The notes below the pieces were generated by a model, which was not told the DNA's origin, made no database searches, and saw nothing but the letters and a program-made list of their open reading frames with translations. Shown piece after piece: positions 25,331 through 41,572 of a DNA stretch of 64,000 nt. The stretch comes from the human T2T-CHM13v2.0 reference genome, Homo sapiens. The DNA lies in NCBI RefSeq assembly GCF_009914755.1, contig NC_060943.1; one strand, written 5' to 3'. The position numbers were made by a program, and so were the translations under genes. How positions within the stretch are numbered: the first letter of the stretch is position 1; each line of letters starts with the position of its first letter.

Positions 25331-27027
25331 CAGGAACCTATAAAGGCCACATAAGTTTGAAAGAGAGATAAACTTAAAATGACCAAGATACGAATATATG
25401 GGAGCACAAAAAAAGGAAGGAATTCTCCTCCACAAGGGAATCAGTGAGGTTCCTGGAGAGGGTGAAGTTGGGATCAAGCCTTGAGAAAAGTAGAGTCAAG
25501 TTTCTGCCAGGAGTGTCTGCAGGGAAACCTAAGCGCCAAAAACCCACCCAAGAGCCTCAGACAAATAGGTGAGTCGGGCTTTCTCCCAGCCACCAGAATC
25601 AAGACTTGTGTAGGCAACAAGCTGGTCAGGACAAGCAGCACAACATCTCTACTTCGGGGCCAGACTGCTGGACATCAAGCTACAATCTAAAACACCCAGC
25701 CAGGGGCTACGCCCTCCATCTCCCTGCTTCTCTCACCCCTGCACTCACCAAATCCCTTATCCTCCCATACTCCCATCAGCATTCATAACAGCTCCTGTCA
25801 AGAGCCATGCGCTCCAGACTCAGGGAAATGCTCAAAGCCATGTTCAGTATCAAAATGAGACAGAAGAAATTATGTTTAATTCAACAAGGAAGCAACTGGC
25901 TTTGGAGATGAGATGCGGTGGGCAAGAAGACGGGGGTAGCTGCCAGCTGCAGTTACCACAAACAGGTGCTCTGTGTGCAGTATATACCATACACCAGCCA
26001 CGGGGCTACTGACTCTCTGGGAAGGAACACACAGCCAGCTACTGAATGGGCAGCTGCAGAGGGAGCTAGGCATGATATCTAAACTGGCTTTGATCAAAAA
26101 GATATACATACTCATAGTTTAAGAATCAAGTACACTTACAAGACTTGCTACAAAAATAGCAGCCTTCTGCCTCTCTCTATTCCTCCCACCCTCAACTCCC
26201 AGAGACAACCACTTGCAACGTTTAGCTGATTCATCTGATATTACCTTGATATCTCTGAAATATAAAAAAGGACCAATATAGTGTGCTTTTAGTTTTAGGT
26301 ATCATCTCTGATCTTCCATAATTGGAACATTCTTCTTTCACAGCTCCCCTGCCCCCACCATACCTTACTTTCCTTCCTGCCAGCTTTCCAACGTGAGTCT
26401 TCTTGAAAGAATCTCTCCAGACCATTCGACTTGCTCCAGTCTGGACCAATCACCCTCATATCTGGTGCACAGCTGTTGCCCTGGGGTCTCCCTTCATTCT
26501 CTACCTGAGAATTTCCTTCACAACTCTCTTCAGTTAGATATCCTGCATTTCCATTCTCTGTTTTTCACACTCCCCTGATTTAAACCCTACTTTTGGTGGA
26601 GCACATCTCCTAATAATTTGATATCAAAGAGTACATGAGACTTTAATGTCTAAGAAAGCCATTATTCAGTCCTTACATTTGCTTGATAGCTTGGCTGGAT
26701 GAAGATTTCTAGGCTGAAAAGTATCGTCCTTCCAATCTTCCAAGGCATTAAACCAACACTGTCTTCTAGCTTCCAGTATTGCTGCTGAAATGTTTCAAGC
26801 CATTCTGTTTCCTGATCCTTTGTATATGACACATCTTTTTTTCCTTCCTGGAAGCTTCTAGTATCTTCCCTTTGTCCTTCGTATAATAAAATTTTATCAT
26901 ACAACAAAAAAGCTATAAAAAGAAACATTCAGAGAACAAGAAAGTATTGAACATTAAAAATTGTAGAACATGAATAAAAATTCCTACCGAAGTGTTGGAT
27001 GACAAATATTTAAAAATCTACAATAAA

Positions 27028-27338
27028 GGTCAGGCACAGTGGCTCACACCTGTAAATCCCAGCACTTTGGGAGACTGAGGCAGGTGGATCGCCTGAGATC
27101 AGGAGTTCAAGACCAACCTGACCAACAAGGTGAAACCCCGTCTCTACTAAAAATACAAAAATTAGTTGGGCATGGTAGTAGGTGCCTGTGATCCCAGCTA
27201 CTCGGGAGGCTGAGAATAGCTTGAACTAGGGAGGCAGAAGTTGGAGTGAGCCAAGATCGCACCATCGCACTCCAGGCTGGGCAACAGAGCAAGACTCCAT
27301 CTCAAAAACAACAACAACAACAACAACAAAACAATAAA
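27028..27338 (+). mobile_element. AluS with (CAA)n tail, lying among old L1M fragments (~26100-28000)
   Basis: Full dimeric Alu; acaataaa on both flanks. Confidence 0.92.
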
Positions 27339-28034
27339 ACAGAGAGGAAAGGCAATCTGAGGACACTTCTGGTTGTGCTGACTTCTTTCATGTAACAGGC
27401 TTTCCTCAGCTGTCTGGAGATCCTGAGCTGTCTGTGTAATTTAAGGTCAGGACACTAACACACTGATTGGAGGCTCAATCGCTTGATGAGATCTATCAAC
27501 TATGGGCTTTACCAGAGAGGAGTCATGGGGCATTCCCTTAAAGAACCTCCAATATCAGTATCTCTGGGGAAACCCACCAAAAAGAGAGACCTAAAAATTT
27601 CTCTAAACCCCTGCCTATAGAGTACAGGCCTGGCAGTCAGCATCCTGGAAGCTGAGTGTGAGAAGAAAACCAGGGGTCATTCAATATAGAAATGTTTATA
27701 TAACCCCATTTTCAGTACAGCATCCCTGCTGTCTTTCATGCCTAGTGTTTCATCCTCTCTGAGAAAATATACTTTCTGCTTTTTCAAGCCTCATCTTTAC
27801 CTCCACTTCCAGAAGTACCTGGAAGTGCCAATTTCCGAGCCTTTAGTGGTTCTTCAGTGTAAATCAGGTTGCTTCTCAGCAGACCAGAGAAAGCTGACTC
27901 CTAAGCCAGAGTGGGGAGAAGCAATCAGTTCCCACTTGTCCATGTGCTTTTCAACTCCCCAAATTTCCACGTTTTTGTTTCCTCTCCCTTTTTATGAGTT
28001 TACACATATCTATATTTTAAATCTTCTTACTTTC

Positions 28035-28133
28035 TGTTTACACTCAGAACTGCACTAATATGCTAGTTGATGTATACATTCAATGTTTACGCTCAGAACT
28101 GCACTAATATGCTAGTTGATGTACACATTCAAT
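28035..28133. repeat. Two-copy 49-bp tandem duplication
   Basis: tgtttac(a/g)ctcagaactgcactaatatgctagttgatgta(t/c)acattcaa twice; 2 mismatches. Confidence 0.95.
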
Positions 28134-29099
28134 CAGCCATCTATACCTAGAACCTAAGCTGGCTTTCAACCACCAAAGAAATCCATACTTCCCTTTTAGT
28201 TTCCTAAGACCAACCAAATACCCTTCCTATGGAACCATAAAAGAGAGAAAAGTTCCCACAATATCTCACTCTGGGCCGTAGTAGATGATAATAGCTATTG
28301 TTTGGGACTGCCCAGCTCCATTCCCTTTCTGTGGTTGGGCATATAATCCACAAATAATCAATCATAGCATCTCATTACCCAGGGCAGTGATTGGCTCAGG
28401 AGTGGACATATGATTCAACCAAGACCAATCAACATCCTTTCCTGGGACAAATATACAGATGTTGGGAAGAGCAACTGCAATATAAAAAGAGTTTCTAAGA
28501 TGAAAAGTTGTTAATTTGGGGCTGCCAGGGGCTATCTTTTCAACACATAGAAAACGTCTATCTATAATGAGGAAAAAATAAAGCCAAGCAGAGATGTGTG
28601 AGAGAGAAAGTGCGTCCAAAAGAGAGGCAAAGAGAATGCTGATGGCATGCAAAGAGCAAAAACAGAAAGAGAAGGGGATCTGGAATAAGATGAAAAGAAT
28701 TTTGTAGCATGGACATGGAGACTGGAAACAGATTTTTTAGAATGGGAAACAGGGGAAGAAGCACAAAACTAACAACATGAAAATAGATGAAAGTATAAAA
28801 CTCACTGTAAAGGTAAAAATGTAGTCAAATTCAGAATACTCTAACACTGCAATGGTGGTGGATACATAATTTTTAACTCTAGTGTAAAAATTTAAACACA
28901 AAAGTATTAAAATAACTATAGCTACAATAATTTGTCAATGGGTATGTGACATATAAAGGTGTAAATTGTGACATTAATATAAAATATTGGGGGAAGAGAA
29001 GTTAAAAGTACAAAGCTTTTGTATGAAATGAAAGTTAAATTGTTATCAGCTTAAAACATAATGTCTTAACTATAATATGATTTAGGTAAGCCTTGTGGT

Positions 29100-29102
<3 letters not shown>

Positions 29103-29140
<38 letters not shown>
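29103..29140. repeat. (CA)19 microsatellite; pure A35 tract nearby at 29256-29290
   Basis: Direct reading. Confidence 0.95.
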
Positions 29141-29145
<5 letters not shown>

Positions 29146-29247
29146 CTGACATAGATACACAAAAGATAAAGAGAAGGGATTGCCCCTACAAAAAGTCATA
29201 TCACATAGGAAGACAGCGAGAGAGAAAGAATGGAACAAAGGAAGTAC

Positions 29248-29294
<47 letters not shown>

Positions 29295-29507
29295 AATATT
29301 AAAATCTTACCCATCAAAAATTAGTTTATATGTAAATGGATTAAGTTCTCTGATATAAAAATACAGAGTGGCTGAATGAATTGAAAAACAAGATTCAGAT
29401 AAATTCTGCTTAAAAGAGACAGTTTAGCTTTAAGGACTCAAAGACCTGACTTAGGCTTTCAGTCCATGCCTGAAAGGGATAGAAAAATATATTTGATGAA
29501 AATGATA

Positions 29508-32923
<3,416 letters not shown>

Positions 32924-33180
32924 GAAAATGATAAACAAAAAAGAGCCAGGGTGGCTATTTTTATATCAGACAAAATAGACTTTAAGTAAAAGAAAATGTC
33001 ACAAGAGACAGAGAAGGTCATTATATAATGATAAAGTGGTTAATTCATCAAGAGGATATATGAATTGCAAATATATATGCATATTGGGTGCACATTGGAG
33101 CACCTATTAAATAAACCAAATATTAATGGTTATAGAGGGAGAAATAGACAACAATACAGTAATAGTAGAGGATTCCCATT

Positions 33181-33517
<337 letters not shown>

Positions 33518-34843
33518 TAATCCAGACAGAAAATAAATAAGGGAACAGTGGACTTGGGGGGCTAATGGGCCTAACAGACATATACAGAACACTCCACCCA
33601 ACAGCAGAAAAATAGAAATTCTTTTTAAGTGCACATGAAAAAACATCCAGGACAAATCATATGTTAGGCTACAAAACAAGTTTTAACATATTAGAAAAGA
33701 CTGAAATCATATCGATTTTCTTTTCCAACAAAATGGTATAAAACTGGAACTCAAGAACAGGGGGACAGTTGGAAAATTCACAAATATGTAGGAATTAAAC
33801 AACACACATCTAAACAATCAACAGGTCAAAGAAGATGTCAAAAGGGAAAACAAAAAAAATCTTGAGATGAATGAAAATGAAAAAATAGCATATCAAAACT
33901 ATATGGCATGCAGCTAAAACAGTTCTAAGAGGACAATTTATAGTGACCAACACCTACATAAAGAGAAAACATCTCAAATAAGCAACCTAACTTTACACTT
34001 TAAGGAATTAGAAAAAAAAGAGCAAACTAAGGCCCAGGTCAGCAGAAAGAAGGAATTAAAAATCAAAACAGAAACAAATAAATGAAAATAAAGACTAGGA
34101 AAATAATAGAAAACATTAAGGAAATTAAGACGTGTGTGTGTGTGTTTTTAAGAGATAAGCAGAATTGAGAAACCATTAGATAGACTAAGTAAAAAAAGAA
34201 AACTTTCAGATAAAAAAATCCTTAAAATTAATAAAATTATAAATGAAAGAGGAAACATTACAACTGATATGACAGAAATATAAAAGATTTCTAGAGATAC
34301 TATGAACAATTATATGTCAACAAATTGGATAGCCTAGAGAAACAGATAAATTCCTAAAAACATACAACCTACCAAGACTGAATCATGAAAAAACAGAAAA
34401 TCCAAACAGACCAATAATGAGTAAGGAAATTAATCAGTAATCAAAAATCTCCCAATAAAGACAAGCCCAGTAACTGACGGTTTTACTGGTGCACTCTACC
34501 AAACATTTAAGGAAGAATTAACACCAGTCCTTATCAAATTTTTATCTGAAAAACTGAATAGGAGGAAGCACTTCCAAATTCACTTTATTAGGCCAGCATT
34601 ACCCTGATAGTAAAGCCAGACATTATAAGAAGACTACTAATCAATATCCCTAATGAACATAGGTGTAAAAATCTTCCACAAAATACCAGCAAACTGAATT
34701 TACCAGTACATTAAAAGGATCATACATTATGATTGAGCAGGATTTATTCTTTGAATGAAAGGATGATTCAACATTCAACATACACAAATCAATAAATGGG
34801 AACCCACATTAGCAGAATAGAGGATATAAAACATATGATTATC

Positions 34844-35259
<416 letters not shown>

Positions 35260-36559
35260 CTAACATGACACTCAACTGTGAAAAGTGGAAAGCTTTTCAT
35301 CTAAGATCAGGAACAAGACAGGGTGCCCATTTGTATCACTTCCATTCAATCTAATACTGGAAATACTACTAAGAGCAATTAGGTAAGAAAAAGAAATAAA
35401 TGGCATCCAAAGAGGAGAGAAGAAAGAAATTGTTTATGTTTGCTGATGATATGATCTTGTATATAGAAAACCCTAAACATGCCACCAAAAAACTGTTAAA
35501 ACTAACAAATTCAGTGAAGTTGCAAGATACAAAATCTACATACAAAAATCAGTAGCAACTATATATACTAACAAGAAAGTACCTAAAAACAGAAATAAAC
35601 AATTCAATTTACAATAGCATCAAAAATAAAATAATAAATTTAACCAAGGAGGTGAAAACACTGACAAAAAATTGAAGATGATATAAGTAAATGAAAAAAT
35701 ATATTTATGAATTGGAAGAATCAATATTGTTAAAATGGCCACATAATCAAAAGTAATCTACAGTTTGAATGCAATTCCTATCAAAATTCCAATGTCATTC
35801 TTCACAGAAAAAGTAAAAATAATCTTACAATTGGTATGAAGCCACAAAATAACACCAAATAGCCAAAGCAATCATGAGTGAGAAGAAAAAAGCTGGAAGC
35901 TTCCATATTGTTTAGAAGTTAGAAATGAAACAAAACAAAAAACAAAGTTGAAGGCATCACACTACCTGATCTCAAAAATATATTAGAAAGCTACGGTAAT
36001 TAAAACAACATGGTACTGGCAGAAAAACAGAAACATAGAACAATGGAACAGAATAGACAGTCCAGAAATATATCCATATGTTTACAGCCAATCTTCAACA
36101 AAGGTATTAAGAATACACAATGGGGAAAACATAGTCTCTTCTTCAATAAATGGTATTGGTAAAACTGTATATCAATATGGAAAAGAATAAAATTGGATTA
36201 TACCATATACAATAATAAACTCAAAATAAATTACTCAAATATAAGACCTGGAAATGCAAAATGACTAGAACATAGGAGAAAAGCTTCTTGACATTGGTGT
36301 GGGTAATGATATTTTGGATATGACACCAAAAGCACAGGCAGCAGAAACAAAAATAGACAAATAGGATTATATCAAGCTAAAAAGCTTCTTCACAGCAAAG
36401 GAAACAGTTAACAGAAGAGACAACCTACAGAATAGGAGAAAATATTTGCAAGCCGAATATTTGATAAAGGGTTAATTTCCAAAATATATGAAGAACTCAA
36501 CTCAATAGCAAAAAACAAACAAAAAACAACCAAATAACTTTATTAAAAAACAGGCAAAG

Positions 36560-36850
36560 GGACCAGCTGCAGTGGCTCACATCTGTAATCCCAGCACTTT
36601 AGGAGGGCAAAACAGCAGGATCTGTTGAGCCCAGGAGTCTGACACCAGACTGAGCAAAATGATGAGAAACTGTCTTTTCAAAAAAAGAAAGAAAAAAATA
36701 TTAGCTGGGTGTGGTGGAGCACGACTGTGGTCCCAGCTTCTCAGGAAGCTGAGGTGGAAGGATCACTTGAGCCTGGGAGGTCAAGACTGCAGTGAGCCAG
36801 GATTGTGCCACTGCAGTGCAGCCTGGTTGACAGAACAAGACCCTGTCTCA
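36560..36850 (+). mobile_element. AluJ
   Basis: Highly diverged dimeric Alu (gaggtcaagactgcagtgagcc). Confidence 0.88.
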
Positions 36851-37199
36851 CATATGTAAACACATGGATATATGTCTCAACATAAAACAAACAAAAATCG
36901 GCAAAGGACCCAATAGACATAAAAATGGCCAACAGGTATATGAAAAAATGTTCAACATCACTAGTCATCGGGAAAATGAAAATTAAAACCACAGTGAGAC
37001 ACTACCTCACACTTGTTAGAATCGCTATTATCAAAAAGACAAAAAATTAGTATTGGCGAGAATGCCGAGAAAAAGGAATCCCTGTACTTTGTTGGCAGAA
37101 ATGTAAATTAATACAGCCACTTTGTAAAACAGTAGTGACATTCCTAAAAAAAATAAGAATAGAACTACCATAGGATCCAGTTGTCTCACTTCCAAGTAT

Positions 37200-37646
37200 T
37201 GTGAAAGTTGATTATAAAAATTGGGTCATTCTACTGAATGAAAACAGAGTTGAGAAGCCAGAGGGGGAAAACACTCAGGGTACATAACACCGCTCCAAGA
37301 ATATAATTATTTGCAAGCCTGGCTGTGAAATTGCCTGTAGTAACCTGAAGCCAGTTTTATCTAATAGCTACTGACACAACCTGCTGCAAATCTAGGACTA
37401 GTTTTACCATCACCACCACTCACCAATCAGAGCTTTCTTGCTCCCCAGAACTTTACAAGTGCCACGAACTTTCTTGAAAAACAAATACATAACATTTCTC
37501 CTTGTTATAAAACTTCCGACCTTCTCTTTGTTCTTTGGATACACCAAAGACCACCCAGTCTGTGTATATCTTCCCAATTGCAATTTTTCCTAAACAAAAC
37601 ATGTTCATGTCAGAGATTCATCTCTATAGTTTATTTGACTTCAACA
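37200..37646 (+). mobile_element. Solo LTR (LTR47-like) with 4-bp TSD GTAT
   Basis: TG...CA termini (tgtgaaagttg...ttcaaca); GTAT at 37196-37199 and 37647-37650; CCAAT box and TATAAA inside. Confidence 0.8.
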
Positions 37647-37793
37647 GTATATATCAAAAGGAAATGAAATTGGTATGTCAATAAAACATGTGCACTCTCA
37701 TGTTCTTTGCAGCAGTATTCACAATAATCATGATATGGCATCAATCTAAGTGTCCATCAGTGGATGAGTGGATAGAGCACATGTGAGATTGAG

Positions 37794-37794
<1 letters not shown>

Positions 37795-37842
<48 letters not shown>

Positions 37843-37872
37843 CACACACATATATATATACACACACACATA
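37795..37872. repeat. Compound (TA)n(CA)n microsatellite
   Basis: Direct reading. Confidence 0.95.
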
Positions 37873-38036
37873 CATTTATGTATAATGGAATACTATTCAG
37901 CTTTTAAAAAAGGATAATTCTGTCACTTGTGAGAACATGGATGAACCTAGAGGAAGTTACGTTAAGTGAGATAAGCCAGGCACAGAAAGACAACTACCAT
38001 GCGATTTCACTCAAATGAGGAATCAAAAAAGTTGTT

Positions 38037-41000
38037 GAGGTTTTAGTTCAAAATGGCTGACTAGAAGCAGCAAGCCCATGCCTCTCTCACAGACAGGAAC
38101 CACAATGGCAAGTAAATCCTCACACTTCACATAGATCATCTTAAGAGAGCATGCTCGGATTCACCAGAGAACCAATGGGACCCAAGGAAAGCAGGGAACA
38201 GTGGAGCCAGGCAGCCTGCGGAGCTGGGACGGTGTGGAGTGAAGAGAGGCTCTTACTCCAAGGAAGGGGTGAATGAGGTGAGAGGCTCCGGGACCCACCT
38301 CTCCATCACAGACTTTTACAATCCTAGCCACAGGAGAGCCCCCATAATCCTCCTTAGGCCTCCAGCTGAACACAGAGCCACCCAGAAACTTTGCAGAGGC
38401 ACCGCTCAAGCCCACCTGGAATCCCACAGTCAGCCTGGTGCCAGCTGCCATGCCAAGGAGGGAGGCGAGGCTCTTTGCACACCCCCAGGAGAGACAGCAC
38501 AGCTGCTGTGCAGAGGAGCTGCCAGACCACACACCACACTACTCCCGGCCTCGGCTGCTTCCTGCGAAATGGGGCTTACCTGTTGCAGGCCCCCTGTACA
38601 GTTGACCCACCCCTGCAGAAACACTGGCCTTGGCTAGGTGTTTCTCTGAGACCCCGACTCCCAGGCCAGGGAGAGAGTGAGGAGGCCTGGGACCTCTGCA
38701 TGACCCCAAGAACAAAATCCAGAACTGCTTCTGCAGGAGCAAAGTGTGAGTAGGTCATGTGCCCCCCAGGTGCCAATCTCCAGTGCCCTGAGGGGCCCTC
38801 CCTTCCCCCAGTGAAAGGCCACCTGGCTCCTGCCTGAGCATTTCCGCTGCAACCACAGCTCTTCTGAGAGCCCAGTCCCCACAGGCCTGTGCTGCCCTCA
38901 GGCTCCCACCACCTGGGCCTTCTGTCTGTCCCCTGCCTGAGGGTTCTATCAGCCTCTCAGGGACCAGCCAGCCCCTTCCCCATCACAGCCAGCTCCTGAA
39001 GTCTAGGGTGCCCCAACCCCAGTCCAGCCCCTTAACCCATTTATGCCTGAGGTTGCAATTTTTTAAATTTTTCCAATCAGACCTTGGCGATGATCTTGAG
39101 CAGTGGGATATAAATAAGTCCCACATGCTTAGTATTCCAGTAATGGAACACTAGGCATAAATGGGTTTTAAGGACCCATACTCTCTGTCCGGTAGGCCGT
39201 CTAAGGGCCTGAGAACTGGGGCGCTATGTAGACCAATCCAACAGTGCTGGCACCTAACCACTTTTCCCAGGGCCTGAGGTCAGGCCAGCCCAACCAGTTG
39301 ACACCACCACAACTGATACCCATCCACAGGGGCTGAAAGGCAGAGTGTATCCCCTGGCCCTGACAATGCAACATCATTACCACATCAAAGGAAAGAGAGC
39401 CATACGCTGAAAAGGTTCTGCCCCAAAACCACTCCTGTGGAGAGTCTCAAGACAGGTGTGTTCCACAGCTCTCAACCCACTGTGGCTTGGATGTAGACAA
39501 CAGTGAGGATCTGAACTGAGAGTCACGAGTTCCAGGACTGGTGTGATTGGGAATAGATCACTTTCCTGCCTATCTAGCGCATGGAGCTAGTGCAGCCCCT
39601 TCACCCGATGTAGAGACCTCAGCACATGTCACTGGGAGCTCCCAAAGCCATCTCCACAAGGCTTGGTGCCTATACTTGGCATTGGAGTATTTGTGGGCAA
39701 GCCAGGGGGTCCAGCTCTGCCCAGCTCTACCCACTCCCTGCTGAACAGAAAACTCAGGGCACCAGGCACTTCACTGTCCAGCCCATCACCAGAAGCAACA
39801 GAGAGCACCTCCCAGTAAACAAAGACCAAGTACCTACCCATCTGCTGTGCCACAAGCTGGCTCTTACCCGTCAGCGCCATCTACTGGCCTGCAGGTTGAA
39901 CTGCACAGCCAAATATAAAGCCTGGCCAATGGAAGTGCGTGGGCTATAGAAGCAAAGCTTTAGCAACACAACGTACTCCACAGTCACTCCCTAGGGAAAG
40001 GGAGGGATGGAGAAAGAAAAAACAAATAAGAAAAAAAAAATCCCATCTGAACAAAAATAAATTCAAAAATAAGAGTGGTTTTCTGTGAGCAGCTGCTCCA
40101 GATGAGAAAGAATCAGCATAAGAATTCTGGCATCATGAAAAAATCTGAATGTTGTGACATGACTAAAGGATCATATTAGCTCTCTAGAAATATACCCTAA
40201 CCAAAATGGAAACTGAGAACTGACAAAGAGTTCAAAGTATAAATTGCAAGGAAATTAAATGAGATTGAAGACAAGGTTGAAAACCAACACAAGAAACTAT
40301 AAAAACAATCCAGGAAATGATGGGAAAGATAAATATATTTTAAAAAATGCAAAAGGACTTCTTGAAATAAAAAGCCTACTTAAGACATTTGAAAATATAG
40401 TTGAAAGCTTTAACAATGGATTACACCAGCAGAAGAAAGAATTTCAGAGCTTGAAGACTGATCATTGAAACTAATTTGTCAAAAGTAAAAATAATTTTGA
40501 AAACCAAAGCCAGAGAAACCATATTTCTCTGGTGAGAAATATGAATTATCTAAAGCAATAAAACCTATGACTTATTAGCATTCCTGAAAGAGAAAAAGTA
40601 AGCCACTGGAAAACATATTTGAAAATAACTCAAGAAAATTTTCTTAATTTTGCTGGAGAGTTGAACATCCAGATACAAAAAATTCAGAGAACATCTGTGG
40701 GATTCTATACAAGATGAACATCACCAAGGCATATGGTCTTCAGACTATGCTAAGTGAATGCTGAAGAAATAAAAAATATTAAAGGCAGCTACAGCAAAAA
40801 CTCAAATCACCTAGAAAGGAAAATTGATCAAACACTGGACTTCTCAGCAGAAACCCTAGAAGCAAGAATAGATTGGAGGCCTATTTTTAGCCTCTTTAAA
40901 TAAATGCAAACCAAGAATTTTACATTCTGCCATACTAAGCTTCATAAATGAAGAAGAAATAAAGTCTTCCCCAGACAAGCAAACACTAAGAGAATTTGTC

Positions 41001-41572
41001 ACCACTAGACAGATCCTACAATACATGCTCAAAGGCGTTCTAAATATGGAAATGAAAGTACTATACTCACCATCAGAAAAAGATACCAAAGTACAAAGCT
41101 CACAGATCCTATAAAGCAATTACACAATTGAAACTCCAAAACAACTAGTTAATAACACAATGACAGGAGCAAAACCTCACATATCAACATTAACTTTCAA
41201 TGTAAATGACCTAAATTGTACACTTAAAAGATACAGAGTGGCAAATTGGGTTATAAAAAAAATAAGATGCAACCATCTGCTGTCTAAAAAAGACCCACCT
41301 ACTGGCTAAAGACACATTCAGACTCAAAGTAAAAGGGTAGAAAATGAGATCATGCAAATATCATGCAAACAGACACTAGAAACTCTTAAAAGGAAGGAGG
41401 GTGGAAGGGGAGTGAGGACTAAAATATTACCTGTTGGATACGGTGTTCAATATTTGGGTGATGGAAACACTAGAAGCCCAATTTCTATCATTATGCAGGC
41501 AATACCCTTGTAACAAACAAGCACATATACCACCAGTGTCAAAAATTAAAATTTTTTTAAATGAAATAAAAT
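38037..41572 (+). mobile_element. L1 (L1PA15-17/L1PB-like) with 5' UTR, ORF1 and ORF2 start joined directly to the 3' UTR
   Basis: caaaatggctgactag 5' end; GC-rich UTR; degenerate ORF1 ~40100-41100; ORF2 ATG at 41160 (MTGAKPHIS); switch to 3' UTR at ~41370. Confidence 0.8.
39036..39165 (-). mobile_element. MER85 non-autonomous piggyBac MITE (PGBD3 family)
   Basis: 13-bp TIRs CCCATTTATGCCT / AGGCATAAATGGG; TTAA on the left (39032-39035) and TTTTAA on the right; internal TTCCA..TGGAA palindrome. Confidence 0.92.
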
